Shown here: piece by piece, positions 9,878 to 18,880 of the stretch
Position numbering within the stretch: position 1 is the first letter of the stretch
Layout: every line of letters begins with the position of its first letter
NCBI GenBank assembly: GCA_003166335.1
Contig: PMWA01000046.1
Location: forward strand, 10,223-36,377
Origin: Methanobacterium sp.
GTDB lineage: Archaea; Methanobacteriota; Methanobacteria; Methanobacteriales; Methanobacteriaceae
Direction of reading: 5' to 3'
Length of the DNA: 26,155 nt
Notes under the pieces: generated by a model
What the model was told of the DNA's origin: nothing
The model's database searches: none
What the model saw: the letters and a program-made list of their open reading frames with translations, nothing else
Made by a program: the position numbers and the translations under genes

Positions 9878-9981
9878 TTCGATTAGCTATTTATGGTTAA
9901 TAAAATATTTTTGCTTTTACTTAATAATTAAATAAAAACATATTTTTTAAATTTCAAAATTAATAGTTAAGGGTTTAAATT

Positions 9982-10314
9982 ATGAAAATAGCAGTAGCAG
10001 TCTCAGATGATGAAAAATTTACTGAACACTTTGGAAAAGCCCAAGAATTTATGATATATGAATTTAATCATTATGAACTAAGATTTATGGAGAAAAGAAA
10101 GTCTCTGAAAATACCAGGTGAGAAACATCAGTGGGGTAAATCTTTAAATGTACTAGAGGATTGTGATGTAGTTATATGTCTGCAGATTGGTTTAAGAGCT
10201 AAACCAGCGTTGAAACAAATGGGTAAAAAAATCGTGGAAGATGATGGATCAGTAGAAGATGTTCTTCAAAGATTCATCAATCATCAGAAGTTCATAGATA
10301 AACCTATCTTTTAA
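9982..10314 (+). CDS. NifB/NifX-family (FeMo-cofactor-binding-like) protein
   Basis: MKIAVA...EHFGKAQEFMIYE, DCDVVICLQIG. Confidence 0.85.
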   Translation: MKIAVAVSDDEKFTEHFGKAQEFMIYEFNHYELRFMEKRKSLKIPGEKHQWGKSLNVLEDCDVVICLQIGLRAKPALKQMGKKIVEDDGSVEDVLQRFINHQKFIDKPIF

Positions 10315-10344
10315 TAAAATGTATAATCTTATTTGGTGACGAGA

Positions 10345-10803
10345 ATGGAAACTTTGATAATTTATTACTCTATGCATCATGGAAACACCCAGAAAGTTGC
10401 TGAAGTCATGGCAGATAGTATTGGGGCGGATGTACTTAACTACGAGTTTGTAGACCCTGATAACATTTCCAAATATCAATTAATTGGATTTGGGTCAGGT
10501 ATATATCATGGAGAGCCAGGTAAGGAACTTATTGAATTTATCAATGAGTTAAAAAACATTGAAAACAAAAAGGCATTTGTTTTCACCACTAGTGGTCAGG
10601 GTAAAGCGAGTTATAATTATTACTTAAAACAATTATTGCGTGAAAAAAACTTTGAAGTTGTTGGAGAATTCACTTGCAAAGGTTTTGACACTTATGGTTT
10701 ACATAAAATAGTTGGCGGTATTAATAAAGGAAGACCCAATGAAGATGACCTTAAAAAAGCTAAATTGTTTGCTGAAGGTTTGAATTATAAGTTTGAAATT
10801 TAA
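10345..10803 (+). CDS. Flavodoxin-family protein
   Basis: IIYYSMHHGNTQKVA, IGFGSGIY, FVFTTSG, GRPNEDDLKKA. Start placed at ATG 10345 after GGTGA (10335-10339). Confidence 0.88.
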   Translation: METLIIYYSMHHGNTQKVAEVMADSIGADVLNYEFVDPDNISKYQLIGFGSGIYHGEPGKELIEFINELKNIENKKAFVFTTSGQGKASYNYYLKQLLREKNFEVVGEFTCKGFDTYGLHKIVGGINKGRPNEDDLKKAKLFAEGLNYKFEI

Positions 10804-11114
10804 AATTTTTTTGTTAAAATAATTTATAAAGAGGAACTAAATATTTTTTAGGATAAGGAAACCTAAACACTAATATAAGATGAAATCTAATTAATTTTTA
10901 TCAATAAATCTGGCGGGTTCTGAAAAATAAACTTTTTTAACTTCAAATTCTGTTTTAAATTGATCTTTTATTTACAACAAATATTTATAATGCATTAATT
11001 AGAGTTATAAACTAAAAGATTTCATCCTATTAAAGAACTCGAAAAAGGATTTTTGATATTCATCTAGGACATAGGGTTCTTTTATAAAAAATCATGCATT
11101 TAAGGTGATATAAT

Positions 11115-11702
11115 ATGGCTAAAGCAAGACGTAGAAGAGTAAAAGATACATGGAAAGATAAGCAGTGGTATAAAATAGTGACTCCTAAGGAGTTTGGTGA
11201 TGCAGATATCGGCACCACTCCTGCCCGGGATTCTAGTATGCTCCTAAAAAGAACAGTGGAATCCTCCATGAGGGAGCTTTCCGGAGACTTCAGCAAACAA
11301 TACATAAAACTATTCTTCCAGATAAAGGATGTTGCAGGAGAAACCGCGAATACCGACTTTGTAGGTCATCAAGTGACCTCAGATTATGTTAGAAGTATGA
11401 TTAGGCGGGGAACTAGTCGTATAGATGCTATTACCCCAGTTACAACTCAAGATAATAAGAAAATGAAGGTTCATGTACTAGCAATCACAATAAAAAGAGC
11501 AAAATCTTCACAGCAAAAATTTATTCGAGAGACTATGGAAAGAATAGTAATAGAAACAGCAACTGAGAGGAGTTTCCGTGACTTGGTAGAAGACATAGTA
11601 ACCGGTAAATTAGCATCAACCATTTATCACGAGACTAAAAAGATTTACCCTCTCAAGAGAGTTGAAATTGTTAAAACCCGCGTGATCCAAGACAAAACAT
11701 AA
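11115..11702 (+). CDS. rps3ae: 30S ribosomal protein S3ae (eS1)
   Basis: KDTWKDKQWY, DYVRSMIRRGTSRID, KKIYPLKRVEIVK; AGGTGA RBS. Confidence 0.97.
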   Translation: MAKARRRRVKDTWKDKQWYKIVTPKEFGDADIGTTPARDSSMLLKRTVESSMRELSGDFSKQYIKLFFQIKDVAGETANTDFVGHQVTSDYVRSMIRRGTSRIDAITPVTTQDNKKMKVHVLAITIKRAKSSQQKFIRETMERIVIETATERSFRDLVEDIVTGKLASTIYHETKKIYPLKRVEIVKTRVIQDKT

Positions 11703-11716
11703 TCTGTGAAAAAGAA

Positions 11717-12388
11717 ATGTTTTATAACTTGGAATATGTAGTTCTGCTGGTGGTTATAGGAGCTTTAGTGTACGCTAGAAAAGCTATTGATCTGCTGGGA
11801 TCCATCTTCATGATCATAATGGGTGTCATAATCATCTTCGTAGCAGGTGTTAACTGGCTTTTTTTAATTTTCGTATTTTTAATATTGGGATTAATATTCA
11901 CAAAATACAAACACCAGTATAAAAAGGATAAAGGAATATATGAAGGCACTAGAACAATTAGAAATGTAGTATCTAATGGGGTAGTGCCTTTTGTAATGGC
12001 TGCATTCGGAAATTATGGCGGATTCATCGGATCCATAGCTACAGCAACTGCAGATACTATGGCTAGTGAAGTGGGAGTAGTTAATACACCACGACTGATA
12101 ACCACTCTAAGGAAAGTTGCACCCGGAACTGATGGAGGAATATCCATTTTAGGGACAGCCGCCGGAATCGCGGGTGCTGGTTTGATAGGTGTAGCCGCTT
12201 ATATTCTAGGTATATATCCAGTTTTAACTAAAACATTAGAAATTGCAGTTATATCTGGTACAGTGGGATGTTTTACAGACAGCGTGCTGGGAGCTGTGCT
12301 TGAATCAAAAAAGTACCTCACCAATGAACATGTGAATCTCATAGCAACCGTATGCGGAGCTTTCGTAGGTATCATTCTAGCGGGGTGA
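11717..12388 (+). CDS. DUF92 (TIGR00297) integral membrane protein
   Basis: RTIRNVVSNG, ATATADTMASEVG, PRLITT, PGTDGGIS.LGT, DSVLGA.LE, NEHVN. Confidence 0.9.
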   Translation: MFYNLEYVVLLVVIGALVYARKAIDLLGSIFMIIMGVIIIFVAGVNWLFLIFVFLILGLIFTKYKHQYKKDKGIYEGTRTIRNVVSNGVVPFVMAAFGNYGGFIGSIATATADTMASEVGVVNTPRLITTLRKVAPGTDGGISILGTAAGIAGAGLIGVAAYILGIYPVLTKTLEIAVISGTVGCFTDSVLGAVLESKKYLTNEHVNLIATVCGAFVGIILAG

Positions 12389-12393
12389 TAATA

Positions 12394-13617
12394 GTGAAAG
12401 GAATCATATTAATAATAGATGGAATGGCAGGCCGTCCTTTAGCTGAATTAGGATATAAAACAACACTTGAAGCGGCAGAAACGCCGAATATGGATAAAAT
12501 GGCAGAAAATGGGATTTGTGGAATCATGGATCCCATAAAGCCAGGTATAAGGGCTGGAAGTGACACTTCACATATATCAATATTAGGTTACGACCCTTAT
12601 GAAGTTTATACTGGTAGAGGACCATTTGAAGCTGCAGGCGTTGGTATAAAGGTAATAGAAGGAGATATAGCCTTTCGATGTAATTTTTCCACTGCAGATG
12701 ATGATAGAATCATTATTGATCGTCGAGCTGGGAGAATTAGAGAAGGCACTAAGGAAATAGCTCAACTTATAAACTCTATAGATTTAAATGAAAATGTAGA
12801 GGTAATATTCAAGGAGTCAACTGGCCACAGATCCGTTCTAGTTTTAAGGGGTAGTGGATTATCAGATCAGGTAAGTGACGCTGATCCTAAACTTGATGGA
12901 AAAAAATGGAAAAAAATCCAATCAACTGACAATAAGCCTGAATCTATTAAAACAGCCCATATATTGAATAGAGTAGTTGAAGAATCCTATAAACTTCTGA
13001 AAAATCATCCCATTAACCTTAAAAGAATAGAAGATGGTGAAAATCCAGCTAACATAATATTACCCCGTGGTGCAGGTGCTGTGCCTCACGTCCAACCATT
13101 TTCTGAAAAATATGGTTTGAACGCAGCTTGCATAGCTGAAACTGGACTTATTAAGGGAATTGGAAAAATGACTGGCATGGACATCATAAATGTTGAAGGA
13201 GCTACAGGTGGAGTGGATACTAATCTTCATAATATAACTAATAGCATCCTTGAATCTATAAAAACTTATGATTTTCTCTTAATCAACATAGATGGTGCAG
13301 ATGAAGCCGGACATGATGGAAATCTAACTGAAAAGGTAGAATTTATAGAGAAGGTAGATGAAGTTATCAAAAACATTTCACAAATACAAGACATTTATTT
13401 CATCCTCACTGCTGATCATTCCACACCTATATCTGTAATGGATCATACTGGAGACCCTGTTCCCCTAGTAATTAACGGTCCCGAGATTCGAGTGGATGAT
13501 GTTGTAAGTTTTAACGAAAGATCCACTTACAAAGGGGGCTTATGCAGGATTAGAGGATCAGATATTATGAATATTTTAAGAGATTTGATGAATAAATCAA
13601 CTAAATTCGGGGCATAG
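12394..13617 (+). CDS. apgM: 2,3-bisphosphoglycerate-independent phosphoglycerate mutase, archaeal type
   Basis: IIDG, AGSDTSH (phospho-Ser), [46 protein letters not shown] start at 12394 after GGTGA. Confidence 0.93.
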   Translation: MKGIILIIDGMAGRPLAELGYKTTLEAAETPNMDKMAENGICGIMDPIKPGIRAGSDTSHISILGYDPYEVYTGRGPFEAAGVGIKVIEGDIAFRCNFSTADDDRIIIDRRAGRIREGTKEIAQLINSIDLNENVEVIFKESTGHRSVLVLRGSGLSDQVSDADPKLDGKKWKKIQSTDNKPESIKTAHILNRVVEESYKLLKNHPINLKRIEDGENPANIILPRGAGAVPHVQPFSEKYGLNAACIAETGLIKGIGKMTGMDIINVEGATGGVDTNLHNITNSILESIKTYDFLLINIDGADEAGHDGNLTEKVEFIEKVDEVIKNISQIQDIYFILTADHSTPISVMDHTGDPVPLVINGPEIRVDDVVSFNERSTYKGGLCRIRGSDIMNILRDLMNKSTKFGA

Positions 13618-13618
13618 A

Positions 13619-14986
13619 ATGAATTCTAGTAAAAATAACTCCGAAGCTCCCAAGCTCTTCGGTACTTCTGGTATTCGTGGTAAGGTTGGTATTGAAGTAA
13701 CACCCGAACTCGCACTCGGCATTGGACGCTCTCTTTCCACGTTGCTTGGTGAAGGACACTGTATTGTGGTAGGATATGACAGTAGAACCTCTAATGAGAT
13801 GTTGGAGAAAGCTTTAACTGCAGGTATTTTGGAGGGTGGATGTAACGTTTTAAGTCTTGGATTGGCACCAACTCCCCTTGTAGGGTACGCTACAATGAAA
13901 ATAGGGGCTGATGCAGGAGTAATGATCACTGCATCTCATAATCCACCGCAGGATAATGGTCTCAAAATATGGAATCGTAATGGTATGGCCTACCGAGCTC
14001 ATCAGGAAAGGGCTTTAGAAAAAGTAATTCATTATAAAACATTTACAAATACCTCTTGGGAAAATATTGGAAGAGTGGAGGATATAAGCCGTCTATCTTC
14101 TCATTACATAACTGATTTACTGAATTTTATAGATATAAAACCGGGTTTAAAAGTAGTGGTGGATTGTGCCAATGGAGCAGCATCTTATATATCACCTTTA
14201 CTACTTAGAAAAGCCGGATGTAAAGTAATAACATTGAATTCTCAGCCAGACGGTTTTTTCCCTGGTAGAATGCCTGAGCCATCAGATGAAAATTTAGGTG
14301 AACTCAAGGAAATGGTTAAAGCCTCCGAGGCAGATCTAGGAATAGCTCATGATGGAGATGCTGATAGGATGGTAGCTGTTGATGAGAAAGGTAATATGGC
14401 TGAATTTGATAAATTACTAAGTCTGGTGGCATCTGAAATAGGAGGTCGTGTAGTTACCACTGTAGATGCATCCAGTACCATAGACTTGTGCATGGATAAA
14501 AAAGATGGTCAAGTTATAAGGACTGAAGTAGGTGATGTCCACGTGGCTGAAGCAATAGAAGAACATAAAGCCTCTTTTGGTGGAGAACCCTCGGGAACAT
14601 GGATACATCCAGACTTCTGTATGTGTCCTGATGGATTATTATCCGCTCTAAGAGTCATAGATTTGGTGCAGAAGAAAGGACCATTATCTCAACTTCTTAA
14701 AGATGTGCCCAGTTTTCCTACGCTAAGGGAAAGAATAGATTGTGAGGAATCCCAAAAAGATTTGGTAATGGAGAAAGTTAAAAAAAAGCTCCCCAATCTT
14801 TTTGAAGATGTAATTAAAGTAGATTTAATTGATGGAGTTAGAATATCTATGAAGGATGGAAATTGGATTTTAATACGTCCCTCTGGCACTGAACCATACT
14901 TAAGAATTACATTAGGTGGTAAAACCATACAAGAAGCACAGCAAATGATGGAACGTTGCAAGGGATTTCTTGGAGGTTTAATGTGA
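13619..14986 (+). CDS. glmM: Phosphoglucosamine mutase / phosphohexomutase
   Basis: LFGTSGIRG, MITASHNP (phospho-Ser), DGDADR, GGEPSG, IRPSGTEP; lies directly upstream of the GlmU-like gene. Confidence 0.88.
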   Translation: MNSSKNNSEAPKLFGTSGIRGKVGIEVTPELALGIGRSLSTLLGEGHCIVVGYDSRTSNEMLEKALTAGILEGGCNVLSLGLAPTPLVGYATMKIGADAGVMITASHNPPQDNGLKIWNRNGMAYRAHQERALEKVIHYKTFTNTSWENIGRVEDISRLSSHYITDLLNFIDIKPGLKVVVDCANGAASYISPLLLRKAGCKVITLNSQPDGFFPGRMPEPSDENLGELKEMVKASEADLGIAHDGDADRMVAVDEKGNMAEFDKLLSLVASEIGGRVVTTVDASSTIDLCMDKKDGQVIRTEVGDVHVAEAIEEHKASFGGEPSGTWIHPDFCMCPDGLLSALRVIDLVQKKGPLSQLLKDVPSFPTLRERIDCEESQKDLVMEKVKKKLPNLFEDVIKVDLIDGVRISMKDGNWILIRPSGTEPYLRITLGGKTIQEAQQMMERCKGFLGGLM

Positions 14987-16254
14987 AGGGAGTTATATTA
15001 ACTGCAGGCGAAGGCACTAGAATGCGGCCTCTTACGCTAACCCGTCCGAAAACCATGGTGCCAATTGGCTGTAAACCTATACTGCAGTATAATGTAGAGG
15101 CTTTAAGAGATGCTGGTGTATCTGAAATAACCTTGATTGTAGGTTATCATCAAGAAGTCATTAAAAACCATTTTAAGGATGGATCTTCTTTAGGAGTTAA
15201 TATAAATTATGTGACTCAGGAAGAACGATTAGGGACAGCTCATGCTATTGGTACCATTGCCAATGTCTTGGAAGGAGCTTTTATAATTTTAAATGGAGAT
15301 ATAATAATTGAATCCCAATTAATACGAGACCTAATTGATAAATATCGATCCACTGGTGCTAAATCCATACTTACTTTAACACAAGTAAATGATCCTTCAT
15401 CATTTGGAGTGGTGGAACTTGATGGTGATAAAATAACTAATCTAATAGAAAAACCAGCCCCCGGAGAAACCTCCAGTAATTGGATTAATGCTGGTATTTA
15501 CCTTTTTGATGAGGATATATTCAATGCGATAAATAATACTCCAAAATCATTACGTGGTGAATATGAAATAACTGATTCCATTAAGATTCAGATGGAGAGA
15601 AAAGAAAAAGTTTTAGGCATGCTATACACTGATAAATGGATTGATGTTGGAAAGCCCTGGGAACTCCTAAATGTTAATGAGCAATATTTAGAAGGAATGG
15701 AAAAATCCGAAATCTATGGTGAAATTGAAGACGGAGTCACCATCCACGGCCCAGTTTTTGTAGGTGAAAATAGTATAATCAGATCCGGATCATATATTAT
15801 GGGACCCGTCTACATTGGGAATGATTGTGATATAGGTCCTAACACTTTTCTAAGAAAATGCACCTGCATCGGTAACAGAGTTAAGATTGGAAACGCAGTA
15901 GAAATAAAAAACTCCATTATAATGGATGATACTAACGTTAATCATCTATCCTATGTAGGAGATTCTATTATAGGGGCTAATTGTAATATAGCCGCAGGTA
16001 CCAACATAGCTAACCTGCGCTTCGATGATGGAAATGTGAAATTAACTGTAAAAAAAGATAGAATAGACTCTGGAAGAAGGAAATTAGGAGTGATCTTTGC
16101 AGATAATGTTAAAACTGGAATAAACTCTAGTTTCAATCCCGGTGTCAAGGTGGGTTTAAACTCAAAGATAGGTGCTGGAGCAATAATCAGTAAAGATATC
16201 CCATCAAACAAGCTAGTTCTACCTAAACAACTACAATTAATTCTAGATCTATAA
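14983..16254 (+). CDS. glmU: Bifunctional sugar-1-phosphate nucleotidylyltransferase/acetyltransferase (archaeal GlmU-like)
   Basis: ILTAGEGTRMRPLT..RPK, LGTAHA, EKP, RGEYEITD, C-terminal hexapeptide repeats, HLSYVGDS, ANLRFD. GTG at 14983 overlaps the glmM TGA (GTGA), with GGAGG upstream. Confidence 0.88.
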   Translation: MKGVILTAGEGTRMRPLTLTRPKTMVPIGCKPILQYNVEALRDAGVSEITLIVGYHQEVIKNHFKDGSSLGVNINYVTQEERLGTAHAIGTIANVLEGAFIILNGDIIIESQLIRDLIDKYRSTGAKSILTLTQVNDPSSFGVVELDGDKITNLIEKPAPGETSSNWINAGIYLFDEDIFNAINNTPKSLRGEYEITDSIKIQMERKEKVLGMLYTDKWIDVGKPWELLNVNEQYLEGMEKSEIYGEIEDGVTIHGPVFVGENSIIRSGSYIMGPVYIGNDCDIGPNTFLRKCTCIGNRVKIGNAVEIKNSIIMDDTNVNHLSYVGDSIIGANCNIAAGTNIANLRFDDGNVKLTVKKDRIDSGRRKLGVIFADNVKTGINSSFNPGVKVGLNSKIGAGAIISKDIPSNKLVLPKQLQLILDL

Positions 16255-16388
16255 AATATAAAAATTATATAAAAAAAAATATTTTTAACAAATATACATG
16301 TTTTTTTTTAATTTATTAAAATTATTAAAACTGAATCTGCAAAGTTTTTATTCTAATAAAAAAAATTATTTTCAAAGTTGATGGTAAA

Positions 16389-16865
16389 ATGATACATCCA
16401 ACAGTCAAAATATTCAAAGGTTCCCACATAACTGGAAAAGTTAATATAGCTGAACAATCATCCGTATGGTTCAATGCAGTTATCAGAGGAGATGTTGAGA
16501 AAATTACTATTGGAAGATATTCCAACATTCAAGATAACTGCGTTTTACACTCTTCTAAAAACTATCCACTTAAAATAGGATCCTATGTTTCAATTGGACA
16601 TGGTGCAATAGTACACGGAGCCACAATAGAGGACAATTGTCTCATTGGAATGAATTCCACCATTCTAAACGGTTCCACTATTAAAAAAAACAGTATAGTC
16701 GGTGCTGGTGCGGTAGTAACCGAGGGTAAAGAATTTCCTGAAAAAAGTCTTATAATAGGTGTCCCCGCTAAAATCATTCGAAAACTGGGAACTAATGAAA
16801 TAGAAGCCATAAAGGATAATAGCATTAAATATTCGGATATGGCAAATATCGACGAAATAAATTAA
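16389..16865 (+). CDS. Gamma-class carbonic anhydrase family protein (CamH/YrdA-like)
   Basis: VWFNAVIRGD, SNIQDNCVLH, IGHGAIVHG (three Zn-ligand His), hexapeptide repeats, GVPAK. Confidence 0.92.
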   Translation: MIHPTVKIFKGSHITGKVNIAEQSSVWFNAVIRGDVEKITIGRYSNIQDNCVLHSSKNYPLKIGSYVSIGHGAIVHGATIEDNCLIGMNSTILNGSTIKKNSIVGAGAVVTEGKEFPEKSLIIGVPAKIIRKLGTNEIEAIKDNSIKYSDMANIDEIN

Positions 16866-16926
16866 TTAAAATAATTCATCTATAATAATTTTTTATAAAA
16901 AATAATACTATTAATGTTGATTTACA

Positions 16927-18024
16927 ATGGTAAAAATTCGGAAATTGGTTAAAACACTTAATCCTTATGTTCCAGGCAGATCAATAAAAGAAATAGCCAA
17001 GGAATATGGTTTAAATCCTGATAAAATTATTAAACTTGGATCTAATGAAAATCCATTAGGTCCTTCCCCCAAAGCCGTGGAAGCACTTTCTCAAAATCTT
17101 GAATATATGAATCAGTACCCAGAAACGGATTTAAAAGATTTAACTGAAGTTCTAGCTTCCTATTCAAATGTATCCCCATCTCAGGTTATTTTAGGTGGTG
17201 ATGGTGCTGATGAAATACTAGATCTACTGGGAAAAACGTTAATCGACCCAGGGGATGAATTTATAGTACCAATACCAAGTTATATGTACTATGAATATAT
17301 TTTAACGATTAATGGAGGAGTTCCGGTTTTCGCCCAATGGGACATGCCCCAAAACAAGGTGAATGTTGATTCAATACTAAATGTTCTCTCTCCACGCACT
17401 CGTATAATATTCCTATGCACACCCAACAATCCCACCGGAGGACTAATTGATAAAAAAGATATTGAAATCATTTTAGACAGAACTGATGCCCTTGTGGTAG
17501 TGGACGAAGCATACTTTGAATATGCTGGTGCCAATAATGTTGATCTACTAAATGATTATGATAATCTTTTTATTTTACGCACCTTCTCCAAGGTAATGGG
17601 ATTAGCAGGGATGAGAATTGGATATGGATTAGGTAACCCACAATTTATACAATACATGCACCGTATAAAACCTGCATTCAGCCTTACCAGACTCTCTCAA
17701 ATCGCCGCCCTAGCCACACTAAATGATAAGGAATATATAAAAAATTCTATTCAACTTGCAATAAAAAGCCGTGAATATCTCTACACTGAACTCGTTAATA
17801 TATCTGATTTGGATGTGTTTAAATCCAAAGCAAATTATTTATTGTTAGATATCCGTAAAACAGGATTGGATTCTAAAATTTTAACTAAAAAGCTTATGGA
17901 AAAAGGAATAATAGTAAGAGACTGTAGTTCCTTCCGAGGTTTGGATGATTACTGGATCAGAGTTAATGTTGGCACCATAGAAGATGATAAAAAGTTTATC
18001 GAAGTTTTAAAGGAAATAATTTGA
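16927..18024 (+). CDS. hisC: Histidinol-phosphate aminotransferase
   Basis: KLGSNENP, PNNPTG, VDEAY, LRTFSKVMGLAGMRIGY (PLP Lys). Confidence 0.9.
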   Translation: MVKIRKLVKTLNPYVPGRSIKEIAKEYGLNPDKIIKLGSNENPLGPSPKAVEALSQNLEYMNQYPETDLKDLTEVLASYSNVSPSQVILGGDGADEILDLLGKTLIDPGDEFIVPIPSYMYYEYILTINGGVPVFAQWDMPQNKVNVDSILNVLSPRTRIIFLCTPNNPTGGLIDKKDIEIILDRTDALVVVDEAYFEYAGANNVDLLNDYDNLFILRTFSKVMGLAGMRIGYGLGNPQFIQYMHRIKPAFSLTRLSQIAALATLNDKEYIKNSIQLAIKSREYLYTELVNISDLDVFKSKANYLLLDIRKTGLDSKILTKKLMEKGIIVRDCSSFRGLDDYWIRVNVGTIEDDKKFIEVLKEII

Positions 18025-18097
18025 GTTGTAGTAAATAGAATTTGAATTAAAGTTTTAGTTATTTTCAAATTCTAAATTTCTATGGTAGTGTTAAAAA

Positions 18098-18796
18098 GTG
18101 ATTATTGGCGGAATAATATTTTCATCTGTAGAATATCCGGGTAAAATATCTTTAGTAATTTTTACTGGAGGATGTATCCTGAAATGTCCCTATTGTCATA
18201 ATCCAGAGCTTATATTTGGAGGAAATCCTGTAGAGCTAAATATCATCAAAGAAAAAATTAATGAATCTTTAGAATTTATAGATGCAATAACAATAACCGG
18301 CGGGGAACCATTAATCCAATGGGAAGATGTTAATGATATTCTAAAGTATTCTAAAAGTTTAGAATTAAAAACTAAAATTGACACTAGTGGATTTAATCCG
18401 GAAAGAATTGCAAAAGTTATTAAATGGACAGACTATGTTGCACTGGACATTAAAGCACCTTTCAGTAAATACAAAGAGGTAACTGGAATGGATATAGGTG
18501 ATAATGTGAAGAAAAGTATGGAAATTTGTTTTAATGATCCAAATACCTTTCTCGAATGCAGAACAACCTATGTACCTGGTCTTTTGAATCATGAAGATAT
18601 AATGGAAATTGCAAAAAGTATACGTTGTGATTTATACACTATTCAACAGTTCAGAAATCGAGTGGTTTTAGATGAAAAACTAAAACAGACACCTAATCCA
18701 TCACGTGAAGAATTATTAGAGATTATAAATGAAATTACGCCAATATTAGGTAGAGTAAAGTTGAAAACAGCCGAATTTGGCGATGAAATTATATAA
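18098..18796 (+). CDS. Radical SAM glycyl-radical activase, anaerobic ribonucleotide reductase activating protein-like
   Basis: GCILKCPYCHNPE (CxxxCxxC), TGGEP, KIDTSG, ALDIKAP, ECRTT, IQQFR. Confidence 0.85.
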   Translation: MIIGGIIFSSVEYPGKISLVIFTGGCILKCPYCHNPELIFGGNPVELNIIKEKINESLEFIDAITITGGEPLIQWEDVNDILKYSKSLELKTKIDTSGFNPERIAKVIKWTDYVALDIKAPFSKYKEVTGMDIGDNVKKSMEICFNDPNTFLECRTTYVPGLLNHEDIMEIAKSIRCDLYTIQQFRNRVVLDEKLKQTPNPSREELLEIINEITPILGRVKLKTAEFGDEII

Positions 18797-18880
18797 AAAT
18801 TATATTATATTGACGAAAATTCTTTTATGAAATAAAAATTTTCCCGGATTCAAAAAAAATTAGAAAAACTTTCAAAAATT

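Noticed and set aside
9982..10314. NifX-like gene as evidence of a nitrogen-fixation cluster
   Set aside because: No nifHDK/ENB in the window, and no NrpR-type GGAA-N6-TTCC box noticed in intergenic DNA; stand-alone members are common in methanogens.
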